A stretch of DNA of 56,964 nucleotides, counting the filler, from Sphacelaria rigidula (Eukaryota), in NCBI GenBank assembly GCA_964200075.2. It is 7 parts of 7 records of this genome, joined end to end, with 100 filler letters (N's around TTAATTAATTAA, not from the genome) between each part and the next. Parts side by side here need not be neighbours in the genome. Positions count along the whole stretch, not along the records: positions 32,611 to 40,662 come from CAXNAA020012489.1; positions 40,763 to 48,813 come from CAXNAA020012490.1; 5 more parts are not named here. One strand, given 5' to 3'. Below the pieces are notes generated by a model. That model was not told the origin of the DNA, did no database searches, and saw only the letters and a list, made by a program, of their open reading frames with translations. Positions 34,604 to 45,588 of this stretch are shown here, in pieces (the first letter of the stretch is position 1; each line of letters begins with the position of its first letter). A program made the translations under genes and the position numbers.

Positions 34604-37600
34604 AGACATCCTGGACGGCAGACCATGTCCACCGACCATTTACAACAAGACTAAGGGCAAAGCTGGCAAGCGCAAGCAACAAGTAACCTCAAGCATCGAA
34701 GATGAAGAAGAGGATGAAGACAAGGATGCAGCAGAAGACCCAGCACTGCATCCCGAGCAACAGCAGCAGCTTGCACCAGATGAGCCGACTTCAACAAGGG
34801 GCGAGATTCCTACTTCTGTGATGTGGGAGGTAGATGACAACGTCCAGAACGTCGAGGACATCCGGGAGTGGCACATGGCCAACAAGATCCTGTTCCACTT
34901 CCTCTTCTTGAGTACGGCAGGACCGGCAGCAAGCTTTCTCCTATAGTACAGGCCTAGACCAGGCATTTTGCCAAACGGCATCGCCGCTTGGAATGGTCTG
35001 GTGGGAAATACAAGAACCCTTCACGCCAGCGGCGTCGAATTATGGCAAAAAGGCTGTCTACAATGAGAATGCAGCAAGGTCAAGACCCGGACGTCTTCTG
35101 CAACGAGCTATTTTCGTTGCGAGATGAACTGGCGGAGATGAGTCGAGTGATTACGGACGACGAGATACTGAACATCATCCTGGATGGGCTGACGGACGAG
35201 TACGCCTAGATTCAACTCCTTGCGGAATCGCAAGGCACTTTCAATCTTGAAGACGCCATGTTCAGCATGAGGAATATGTTCGCAAACCGTGTCGCAGAAA
35301 ACGGGCTTTCGCGTGCAGCGGAGGGTCGCACCTCGGCGATCACCGCCACAACGGCAAAATACTGCAACTACTGCAACTACTGCAAAAAGCCTGGTCATTA
35401 CATCAATAACTGTTTTAAGCGAAAAAACAAAAAGAGCACAAGAAACAACGAAGGGGGAAGGAGTAACTGGTGGTGCTCCTTGCACAAAACCAGTCTTCAC
35501 GACAATTCGACCTGCAAGGCCCAACAACACTGGGGCAACGATCCTGACGATCAGCGGCAGCAAGGGCAGCGCGGCCGAGGACCACGTCACAACAGCGGAC
35601 CACGGCAGCAAGGACAATCTCGCTTCAGCGACAGCGGACAAGGCCGCTTCAACAACAACAGTGGACAAGGAGGCGTGAACAACAACAGCGGACAAGGTAG
35701 TAACAACAACAACACCAACGCGGCAGCACACACAGCAACAGCGACACCGGGGTCTACTACTGTGGTGGGACATTACAACACAGCCGGATCATCTACTCCA
35801 ACTTCCGCGACTGCCACCACTCAACAGGCTTCAGATCCATCGCCTTCAGACCCCTCACCTCCTGCCGGAATCGCTTACTCCTTCGTCGCCACCAGCAGCC
35901 TGAACACCACCGCTGCTCCTTCGCGCTTCACCATGATTGTCGACACCGGCGCCAGCAACCACTTCGTCGACCCTGACTTGCTTCTAAATCTTCAGCACCG
36001 GATGATCGAGTATCAGAAGTACGACCCGCCGATCGTCATCAACGTCGCTGGCAAGGGAAACCTCCACGGCACCGGCAGAGGAAAAATGAAGGTCGTCACA
36101 CGGGACCAAACCAGGGCCGAGCACAAGGTCCTGCTGCCCTTCACCATCGCACCAGGGCTGGGTCGTCACCTGTTCTCGGGAGAAACAGCAGTGCAAAGAA
36201 GGATGTCATTGGGTTTTGATGATTTCTCTTTCATTAGAAGGGGAAACGTCAAGCTGCCTCTTCGACAGGACAGCTCCTGCACCACCATGTACTACTTGGA
36301 TCTGGCTACCGCACCGGGCAGCATCTGCATTCAACACGGTTTTATAACCGTCTCCGGCGCCAATCTGCCGTCTGGAAGAGCGAATATAGCATCCAGTGCC
36401 TCTTTGATCCAGGACACGAAAAAGAAAACAGCATGTGCCACCTCAACGGCTACATCGATGGCCAACACGTGGCATCAGCGACTCGGACATCCCAATGCCC
36501 AAGTGCTACTACAAGTCGGGCCGATAAAAGAGAGCAGGGCCGCGTTTTCCGACTCTTTTTCAACGTGCGGGACGTGCAAGATAAACAAAAGCACACAGCG
36601 GGATCATCCCAAGACCAGGAGCACAGGCGCCACGCGAAGACTTCAACTCGTCAGCACGGACCTCCTAGGGCCCGTCACTCCAACTGCGATCGGTGGCTAC
36701 CAGTACATGGCCAAGTTTACCGATCATTACTCCAGGCTCAAGGCCGTCTATTTCCTCGAGAGGAAAAGTGACGCCCTTTCTTCTCTGGTACGGTTCGTTC
36801 AAGACCTCACCATTCCACTCGGTCTACGGGTACAATGTCTACCTTCGGACAACGGCGGGGAATATGTCAGCACTGCGTTTCGCGACTACTGCAAAACTAC
36901 GGGGATCGTACAGCAGTTCAGCTCCCCGTACACGCCGCAATAAAACGGCATATCGGAGCGCGACGGGCGGACCATCATGGACATGACCCGCTGCCTCCTG
37001 AACGAAGCGGGTCTGCCTAAGCACCTATGGGGGGAGATTGCGGCAACTGCGGTATTCCTCATAAACCGCCTACCGCACAAGGCTCTACAAGGGGACACGC
37101 CCTACCATCGCGTGTTCGGCAAGCAGGCAAAACTTTTCTTTCTTTGGACCATCGGCTCCAGGACCTTCGTCCACGTCGAAGGTCATACCACCAAGCTGCA
37201 GCCAAAAGCGTGGGAAGGTGTTTTGGTTGGCTACAACGACGACATCCCAACCTTTCGTATCTACGATCGGGTTACGGAACGAATTACAACCTCCCGGAAT
37301 GTCACCTTCATCGAGCCGGTTCTGGAACCCCTGAGCTGTACCAATCTTCCGGATAGTGAAGAAGAATCATCATCGGTCGACACGGCGGATCTGGAGCAAA
37401 TCCACGACGGAACTACATTCCTATCTTCCAACAAGGACAACGGCAAAGTTCACGATACCAACAATCGACAGGAACAGCGCCTCAAGGAACCACTGGCTTC
37501 TACAGACGTGCTGCATCAAGTGCGTCAGGAACTTCAGCAATCATTCAAGATGACTGATCTTGGTCATGCGCCTCAGATTCTCGGCATCGACATTCATCAA

Positions 37601-38420
37601 GACCTGGAGAACGGCACAATAAGCCTCAGCCAGGAGAAATACACATGTCTGTGCTCAAGCGTTATGGCATGGATACGTGCAATCCTTCAAACACTCCAGG
37701 GACAGGAGCCGAGCTCAACAACGCAACTGGTCAATTTGCACTTCTTTCCGCAAGCGAGAATAAGGACTACCAGAGCCTGGTGGGAAGCCTCATATTCCTG
37801 GTGAATAACAAGATTCGACATCGCGCATGCCGTCATGCAGGTAGCACGGCACATGTCAAGTCCGACCACTGCGAGCGCAGCTAGCGCCAAAAGGATTCTT
37901 CGGTACCTCAAGCGCAACCCAGGTCTCGTCATTACCTACAGGCGCGTCAGCGAATTCAGCATTACCTGCTACAGCGACGCCTCCTACGCATCTGAACCAT
38001 CAAGCAAATCTATCACCGGGTCGATAGTTTTTCTTAGTGGAGGGATCATTCACTTCGGCAGTCAAGTTCAGCGCATAACTGCGCAATCGACATCGGAGGC
38101 GGAGCTCATCGCAATGAACAGCACCGCCAAGCACGGGCTCTACTTCTCTTCTATGCTGGGGGAGCTAGGATGGTCATGGCAACGCACCTTCACCCTGTAT
38201 GCGGACAACCGGAGCTCCCTGACCCTAGCTTCGGAGGCGAACTTCAGCCAGAGGTCACGGCACATCGCCGTCCTCTTCGCCGCACTCCGCGAATAGATCC
38301 GTCAAGGCATCATCAAACTTCATTCCAGGCCGCCACATGTTGGCCGACCTTTGCACCAAGAACTGCGTCCGCGAGGTACAAGACAGCCTCATGCGGCAAA
38401 CCCTCCAGTGCAAGTGACGA
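34604..38420 (+). pseudogene. copia gag-pol remnant with deleted RT core
   Basis: Zinc knuckle CNYCKKPGHYINNC, protease IVDTGASNHF, WHQRLGHPN...CGTC, integrase VSTDLLGP / SDNGGEY / YTPQ*NGISER, RT C-terminus FKMTDLG, RNase H YSDASYA...SITG...STSEAELIA. In-frame stops at ~34944, ~35207 and ~36941. Confidence 0.93.
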
Positions 38421-38769
38421 CGCCAAAACTCAAGGACCGGGCCCCTCACCATCGCCATGGGATAGTCCGGGCGGAATCTTCTGTACATCTCGTTCGGAGT
38501 AGCAACCGCAGAAGATTTGTGCATACTTTGTGTAGTAGCTTGAAAATCTAGGCTAAAATTGTTGACTTCTTGTAGACAGCATTCTTGCGTTCTTGTCATT
38601 TGCTGCATCTACCGTACATGCTACAGAAGGAAGCGTGAGAGATCTTTGTTCGATCTCTGTTAGTTGCAAGTGGGAGTGCATAATGTTATCTTTTGCGTAA
38701 GTGTTTTTGCATCAAGATGTTCCTCCTTTGGATTACTTTCCTTTGAGATGACTTTCCATTGAGGGGGAG

Positions 38770-39223
38770 TGTTGGAATATTCAATGTCAGTCATTGGTAA
38801 CGACTACTATCTATCGTAGGTTATCGTAAACAAGTAAGAAATCATTTGAGTGTTTCAGAAATAGTCTGCGGTATGTTCTGCGGTACATTATGTCTCCAGA
38901 ACAAGTTGTCGGGGGATTGATCGGGAGTTATCGGTTGTAATATCCCGCGAGTGTTCTAGACTTGTGGAAGTTCTGGAAGTTCATTAGCTGATCGGTAGGC
39001 TCGCACACTTACTTGGTGCTCGCCCACCTGATCACTCCTCTACTACTTCTCTTCTCATACTCTTCTCTTCCACGAGTTAGAGTCTTAGGCCACATAAGCG
39101 CCAAGTTCAACATCTCCATTCTCAAGTCAAGTGACTAAACCGTCACTCTCTGCACCTCTGCATAAACTGCAGAAGACAGTTGCCACATCGGCACATCATC
39201 AAGAGTGAAGCCATATTCCTTCA
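38770..39223 (+). repeat. 454-bp LTR shared by two copia internal regions
   Basis: TGTTGGAATAT...ATATTCCTTCA inverted termini, with a PPT immediately 5' and a PBS immediately 3'. Confidence 0.9.
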
Positions 39224-39234
39224 GGTTATGAGCC
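39224..39234 (+). promoter_or_regulatory. Primer-binding site complementary to the tRNA-iMet anticodon arm
   Basis: GGTTATGAGCC directly follows the LTR-terminal CA; same type as the yeast Ty5 and Drosophila copia PBS. Confidence 0.85.
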
Positions 39235-39911
39235 TCGAGCTTCATCAATAAGCAGAGCAAGGAGTCACAGCGTCGTCAGCGGCCGTCACGTTCTCAAGAG
39301 GATCGGCACTTCTCCTCCAAGCAGAAGACGGACATCGCACCAACGGGAAGTTCAAGTCCTCTCCAGTCAATCAAATTCAAGTTCTGTGGAGGTCCATCAA
39401 GATCAGGCGCGTCAGTATCATCCACGTCGCCAAGACATCACTACAGCAGTTCAACGGAGTCAGCTCAAGACTACCTCTCCACGCTCATCTCGCTAGTGAG
39501 CATCTTCGGTCATCAATAAGATCGACAATCGACCGCATCGCATCGGCAAGTTCCGAGCTATTCCTCCGCATTTTTGTTGCGTGATAGGTTTTCGGTAAAA
39601 GAGAGATACGTCGTCATCAGCAACGACACTCAGCTACGTCGTCTTCAGCTACGACATCATCAGTTCGGCAGGTTCTTCTAGCAACATTAGCCAAGAGGCA
39701 AGAACTTCGGATCCATCAAGCCTATCAACTGGCATTCGCAGCCAACACCCGTAGGTCACTCACACCTGGGTGCATCATCATCGTCTGTTGAGGGACTGTC
39801 AGTTTCTCTTGGAAGTTTTTAACGTCATCGTACGACTGCTGTACGAGTACACGTCATCTACACGGACGGCAACAGCAACATCAACAACAACAGCAACAGG
39901 ATCACCGCAGC

Positions 39912-40601
39912 ATGGGGGAGCCATTGACAAATGCTGCGGCGGTGGACGCAGTGGACAAGCTCGTCAAGGCTGTTGGTGGAAAGTTCAACGGGACGGACTT
40001 CGATGTCTGGTCCCGCACAGCCCAGTCCGTGATCAGCATGCGGCATTCGGGCACTGTAGACATCCTGGACGGCAGACCATATCCGCCGACCATTTACAAG
40101 AAGACCAAGGGCAAAGCTGGCAAGCGCAAGAAACAAGCAACCTCAAGCATCGAAGATGAAGAAGAGGGTGAAGACACGGATGCAGCAGAAGATTCAGAAC
40201 TGCATCCCGAGCAACAGCAGCAGCTTGCACCAGGTGAGCCGACTTCAACAAGCGGCGAGACTCCTACTTCTGTAATGTGGGAGATAGATGACAACCTCCA
40301 GAACGTCGAGGACATCCGGGAGTGGCGCATGGCAAACAAAATCCTGTTCCACTTCCTGTTCTTGAGTACGGCAGGACCGGCAGCAAGCTTTCTCTTAAAG
40401 TACAAGCCTAGACCAGGCATTTTGCCAAACGGCATCGCCGCTTGGAATGGTCTGGTGGAAAATTACAAGAACCCTTGACGCCAGCGGCGTCGAATTATGG
40501 CAAAAAGGCTGTCTAACATGAGAATGCAGCCAGGTTGAGATCCGGACGTCTTCTGCAACGAGCTATTTTCGTCGCGAGATGAACTGGCGGAGATGGGTCG
40601 A
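39912..40601 (+). pseudogene. gag N-terminus of the downstream copia copy
   Basis: MGEPLTN...KFNGTDFDVWSR... is nearly identical to 34604-35145. Stops at 40476 and ~40536; interrupted by a MITE end at 40602. Confidence 0.88.
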
Positions 40602-40662
40602 TAGCAATGCTACGGTAGGGGTGCACTTTTTTCGCGAAGTTTTGTCTGGTTCAGGGGCTCCT
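40602..40662. mobile_element. End of Sola-type MITE inserted in gag
   Basis: Reverse complement of 4681-4741; runs into the linker. Confidence 0.75.
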
Positions 40663-41222
40663 NNNNNNNNNNNNNNNNNNNNNNNNNNNNNNNNNNNNNN
40701 NNNNNNTTAATTAATTAANNNNNNNNNNNNNNNNNNNNNNNNNNNNNNNNNNNNNNNNNNNNGTGCATTGCAACAAAAGATCCCCTCTTTCAGGAAAACC
40801 GATTTTAGTGCCTGAAACAGTCTCAGTTCCGAAATGCCCCCGCAGGCGTAAAAATGCTTTGTGCGGTATCTCACCAACCAGACCGCCGAATTCCTCGAAT
40901 GGGGTACTGTAAGGTAGATGCATGAACAGGACGTGTGCTCAAGCAAGAAAAGAAAAGAAAAATTGACTGTCAGGAATGCTAGAGCATCCACTCTGACTCT
41001 GAAACTACCCTCTGAATCTCACGAATATGGTGTTAACTCCGGTATTTTATCTGCCAAAGTCGGCCGATGAAATATTTGTCATTCTCGTGCTTAGGATTGC
41101 TATCTTATGGATTTGTGGAAGACTCCCCTGGCATTGAACGAGGCGTAGCTAGCCTCTGTACATGAACTTAGCAAAAGCGAAGAACTCCCGACCTGTTTTC
41201 CCTTTCTCACAGGGTTAAAATA

Positions 41223-41936
41223 TAGCCTGTTGTCATCGAAACTGAGGACGGAGCTCTTCATTGAGGATGAGAACCCGGAGGATTAAAATCTTCGTATCGA
41301 CACTAGACACTTTTTACGATAAAAGCCCCCCCCCCCAAAAAAAAGTGCCTGATTTGGGGAGGTGAAGTCTTCACGTAAACCGAAATGGAAAAAGCCGGGC
41401 ACAACGAGCAGCTAGGAATTCTCACGCTTGGGTTCGTTCTCGCCAATGTCGCCCATATGAGGCGCTACATGCAGCCTGAAGAACCCAAATATCAGACGCT
41501 GTATAACCATTTTTTTCGTGACACTTTTGGGCTGGTTTGGGGGTGGGGTTATCGTAGAAAGTGTCACTAAATCTTTGGAATCTTCGAAATATGGTTCCAT
41601 TCCTTCACCTACTGGTAGATATTGACAAGTACTACACGCTATGTCAGTTGGATTACGAGAACCGAAATGTTGGGGTCTTAGATGGAAAACAAATCGGGAA
41701 TGTCGGCGATCCGATCTGATCACCTAAATGTCCCAAAATTGTTTCTATATCTAGGACCCCAACATTCCGGTTATCGAAATCGAAATTTGTCGGGCGTGTA
41801 GCAGTTGTCAATAGTAGCTACCAAGAGGTGAAGGAATAGAACCATATTTCGAAGATTTAATGTGGATACGAAGATTTTATTCTCTGGGTTCTCATCCTCA
41901 ATGAAAAGCTCGATCCTCAACTTCGATGATCGGCTG
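41223..41936. mobile_element. Foldback element, family A copy 2
   Basis: Arms TTCATTGAGGATGAGAACCC...AAAATCTTCGTATC / GATACGAAGATTTT...GGGTTCTCATCCTCAATGAA; homologous to 2690-3052. Confidence 0.75.
41306..41565. mobile_element. 260-bp MITE with 4-bp TSD nested in foldback A
   Basis: ACTA|GACACTTTTTACGATAA...TTATCGTAGAAAGTGTC|ACTA. Confidence 0.8.
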
Positions 41937-44900
41937 TTTGTTCTCTGGTCTCCCGGAATATTATTATTAGAAGGGTGGAGTGCGATCGTTTCGGAGATTT
42001 TCTTCATGTGGCCGATCCGCCGCATGGTGGAAAACTAAAAACTAATTGTTGCGGAAATTTGGGAGGGAAGATAGCTTCGCTCGGTCGTGAGTGTTTTGCG
42101 TCATCCCTGCAAAAAAGAAATGCCACTTTATTCTCATTTTCGAGATGGACCCCATTATCCAGGATCCACTGTCAATAGGTAAAAGGCTGCACATCTAACC
42201 CGAATACCTGGTCAATTATTGCTGTCTTTCAGACTCATATGTGCCACGCTGTTTCAATTCTGTGTTGTTCCAGGTATATCTATCATGTGACCACGGCCGC
42301 ATCCCTGGCGGGGGGGCAGTTAAAGTGCGACAATCAGTCAATCAGTCAATCAGTCAATCAATCAACGCAGGCAGGTTTTCCGAACGCGGGTCTGAGCGAT
42401 ATAAAGGAGAGGTGTATGTGGAAATGGGTGATGACATCTCTTCATACGTAGCTCTGTGTAAGAATCTGAGAACAACAGCAGCTAAAGGCCTGTGCACCTT
42501 ACCTGCGGGGCGTTCAAGGGCGTACTCGCACGGGTGCGCGCGTGTATTGTTAACCAGAGGTCAAAGATAAGCCTTCTATCGAACTCTGTATGCATCGCTG
42601 GGAGCTGGTGTAAAAAGAGGGGCGATCGATTGGGGATCCTTGGAACCCCTCAAGCTCGGTGGAAGGAGGTGATGGTTTGTCATGGGAACACTCCCTCGTA
42701 TTTCCCGGTACGGTAGGGTGTCAAAACTCGAGTCACTAGGAAGACTAGCCTCCCTCAAGCGGTTCGCTTCACAAGGGGAATATTATCAACACGCCGAAGT
42801 GTTACCAACTATTCGTTCTTGTCTGTAGCGTGAAGCACGGTGCGATACTTACTCTATACTTCTCGGGGCTTTACCCGTTCACTGCGGACATCATGACGAA
42901 GAAACTTCATAGTCTATAATATATAGGAAAACAATCTGTTTGATCATTTTACAGTGCAGTGCAACACAGAGATAGCCGCATCCATGCTTTTACAACCTGC
43001 CTTGCTCGCTACGTAGTACAGACTCGTGCATGCTAGCATAGGGTAGCCCATTCTACTGCTTAGATCACCTGGCACATGCAGTGCGCTTATGCATTCTTGT
43101 ACTGTAGAGAGTGCAATCCGTGTACCTGACGGTAGTGTGATCGCGCGCATGGTTGATTTTTTTATTTTATTTTTATTTTTGTACCTCGTTCTACCATCTG
43201 TACTGAATACTCGGCCCTTCTGTAATATCGTATCACACTGGCAGCATCGACAGCAATTCCGGGCCAGGCGTTGCCATACCGTACCGTACCATACCGTACG
43301 GTAAGACCCTCGTCTAGTGTGTTGAGAGCGTACGAGAATCGGCTTGGGATCTTTGTGCGGTACATCGACAACGATTCAAATCAGTTTAGAAACTAGTTTA
43401 GGCTTCGGTGTTATCTACATGGTCATCGTTATGGTTGGATCCGTAAGTTGACTTGTACGGCGTGTAACAGTTTCTCCAATCGTTCTTACGGTACAGTAGT
43501 TCAGTTGTACCATGAACACAACAACTGTATGCCGTCTGCATCTGCATACAGGCGGATCGGACATGGCACTGCGCCTTGCGCTCGATTATAACGCCCAGTC
43601 GTTTTTGCATGCGCAACATGATGACCGCAACATTTCAGCGGAGTGCTGCACCGCGCTGTCTGTACGCTCTCCCGGGTATTATGTGCGTCTAACTGAGCCT
43701 AACGTACAGCAGTGTAAAATATAAATGTACCCAAAATATATATAGGGTAATCGTACGAGGAGCTGCGTATGCGGGCCGTGAAAGTCGCGGTAAATGCAAC
43801 GCAGCGCGTCGGTGTAATGGTACAAAACCGTCCGGTACAACTTGCCCGCCTGAGTGTTGGCTGCGCGTGGGTGTTGGCAGGGTTCGATGGGAGTGCCGCG
43901 TCAAAGGAATTTTGTGCAGAAATTCTCGGCAGGAAGTGGGAATTACAAGGTAGCGGGTCAGTGCCCTCGACGAAGCCTCGGCGTTTTCAAGTAACTCTTG
44001 TACCCTTGATTGTGTATGTATCACACGACGTGATCCAACACGGAGAACTGCGCACTACGTGCTCTGCAGGTCGGCCCGTTCGGTACGGTTCATACAAGCA
44101 CACCACACAATCCGATATTGGAGAAAACGGGACATCGAGAGCAGCACAATACGTGTAGCTACATATGTATCGGACCGAACCTGGTGGAGGTTGCAGAAAT
44201 CCTCGCCATCCCCCATGTCTTGCTTTTTGACACCAATTCCTGCCATGTACCCCTCCCCCGAGTTGTTGTTATGCGGTGCTTTCATTGTTTTGCCTAGTAC
44301 GTTGGTACGTACGGCTGTCCCTCTAATGGTGTAAGGATAGAACTATGCGAGTCTCGTCATGGTTAGTGATCCTGTATCCAGAGCTTTGATCCATTTCTGT
44401 TTCGCCTCACGTATTGAGTGGAAACATTGAGCACTGCCTTCAGTAGCCTGAATGGTCGCCTGCGGCACCGGAACTCATGAGCTTAGCAGTATTTCTTTTA
44501 ATTTTGTATCGCGTCTGTGTGAACTTATCGGGGTTCGATGTGATTTTTTTATTTACTGATTCCTTTTTTGGGTATTGTAGCTAGCCTGTGACTACGGAAG
44601 GCGTCCGCATCAGTGCCCAATACGGAGTACTGCGAAGAATCTGGAACGGTTTCCAAGACAAGAAAAACAAAAACGACGACGACAACAACAACAACAACAT
44701 CAGCATCATTATTATCAATTATATATATATTATTATTATTATTATTTCCGCACATTATTCCGATCTCGCGACCCCGTGGTCACAGACGTAGGCTCGCCTT
44801 TCCAATACTGTCCCTGCTATTCCTCACCAGACACATTACCAAAATAAAGAAGAAATAAGAAGAGCGACGCCACGACAACCGGTAAGAAGTAGCTCCCCCG

Positions 44901-45588
44901 AGTTCAACATATATAATATATAATCAATAATACCGTTGACAGTTGATGCTGTTCTCTGAATGCGGATTTACTTCTTTTTTTTGACCGCCGGAGTTGTCCA
45001 TTTGCTACACCGACATAATTTCCGTTCATTTTCCGAGCGAAAATGATGCCGGCTCCACAGCACGAGGTATGCGTTGATCGAGAGCTGCAGCTACAGGTTT
45101 CCCGACGACGGCCATACTATGTGTAACTTAGTTGTTGCTGTTGAGAAAACTGCCTTACTTGTTGCTGTCGAGAAGATTGCGCAGGACCTTCTTCTTTTCT
45201 TCCCAATTATACCTACCGAAAGTTTCGCGTGTTTCGGAGGCCTTTACCCATCAATATAGAGATGCGGATGTCTGTGTTGGAAAACCCGCGAAGAGAAGTT
45301 TCATCGATATACGAGTAGCTGCCAACGCCGAAGGCGTCCGTCCACCAACGGTAAAACCAGAGGATGGATGGCTCAGAAGTGAACTGATTACCGCCACCTT
45401 ACGGTGTTGCTTTTTCCTGTGATGTCATCCAATCACTGTATTAGCGGCTGCCCTGTGGTGGACGTATTCAAATATCCACTGGATCCAAAGATACACTGGA
45501 CATTCGCCTGACGTGCTGAGCTTCATCAACGCGCCACGTGTTGTTGTCTCCCGCGACGGATACGATTGTACGAAGGCGGCAAGACAGA

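Larger units (their letters stand above)
34604..39223 (+). mobile_element. Ty1/copia element, upstream member of tandem pair (5'-truncated)
   Basis: gag-pol remnant, polypurine tract GAGGGGGAG at 38761-38769, LTR at 38770-39223. Confidence 0.92.

Noticed and set aside
42495..42800. U1 snRNA or ribozyme (CTTACCTG start, local hairpins)
   Set aside because: Only an 8-nt match; no Sm site or convincing fold.
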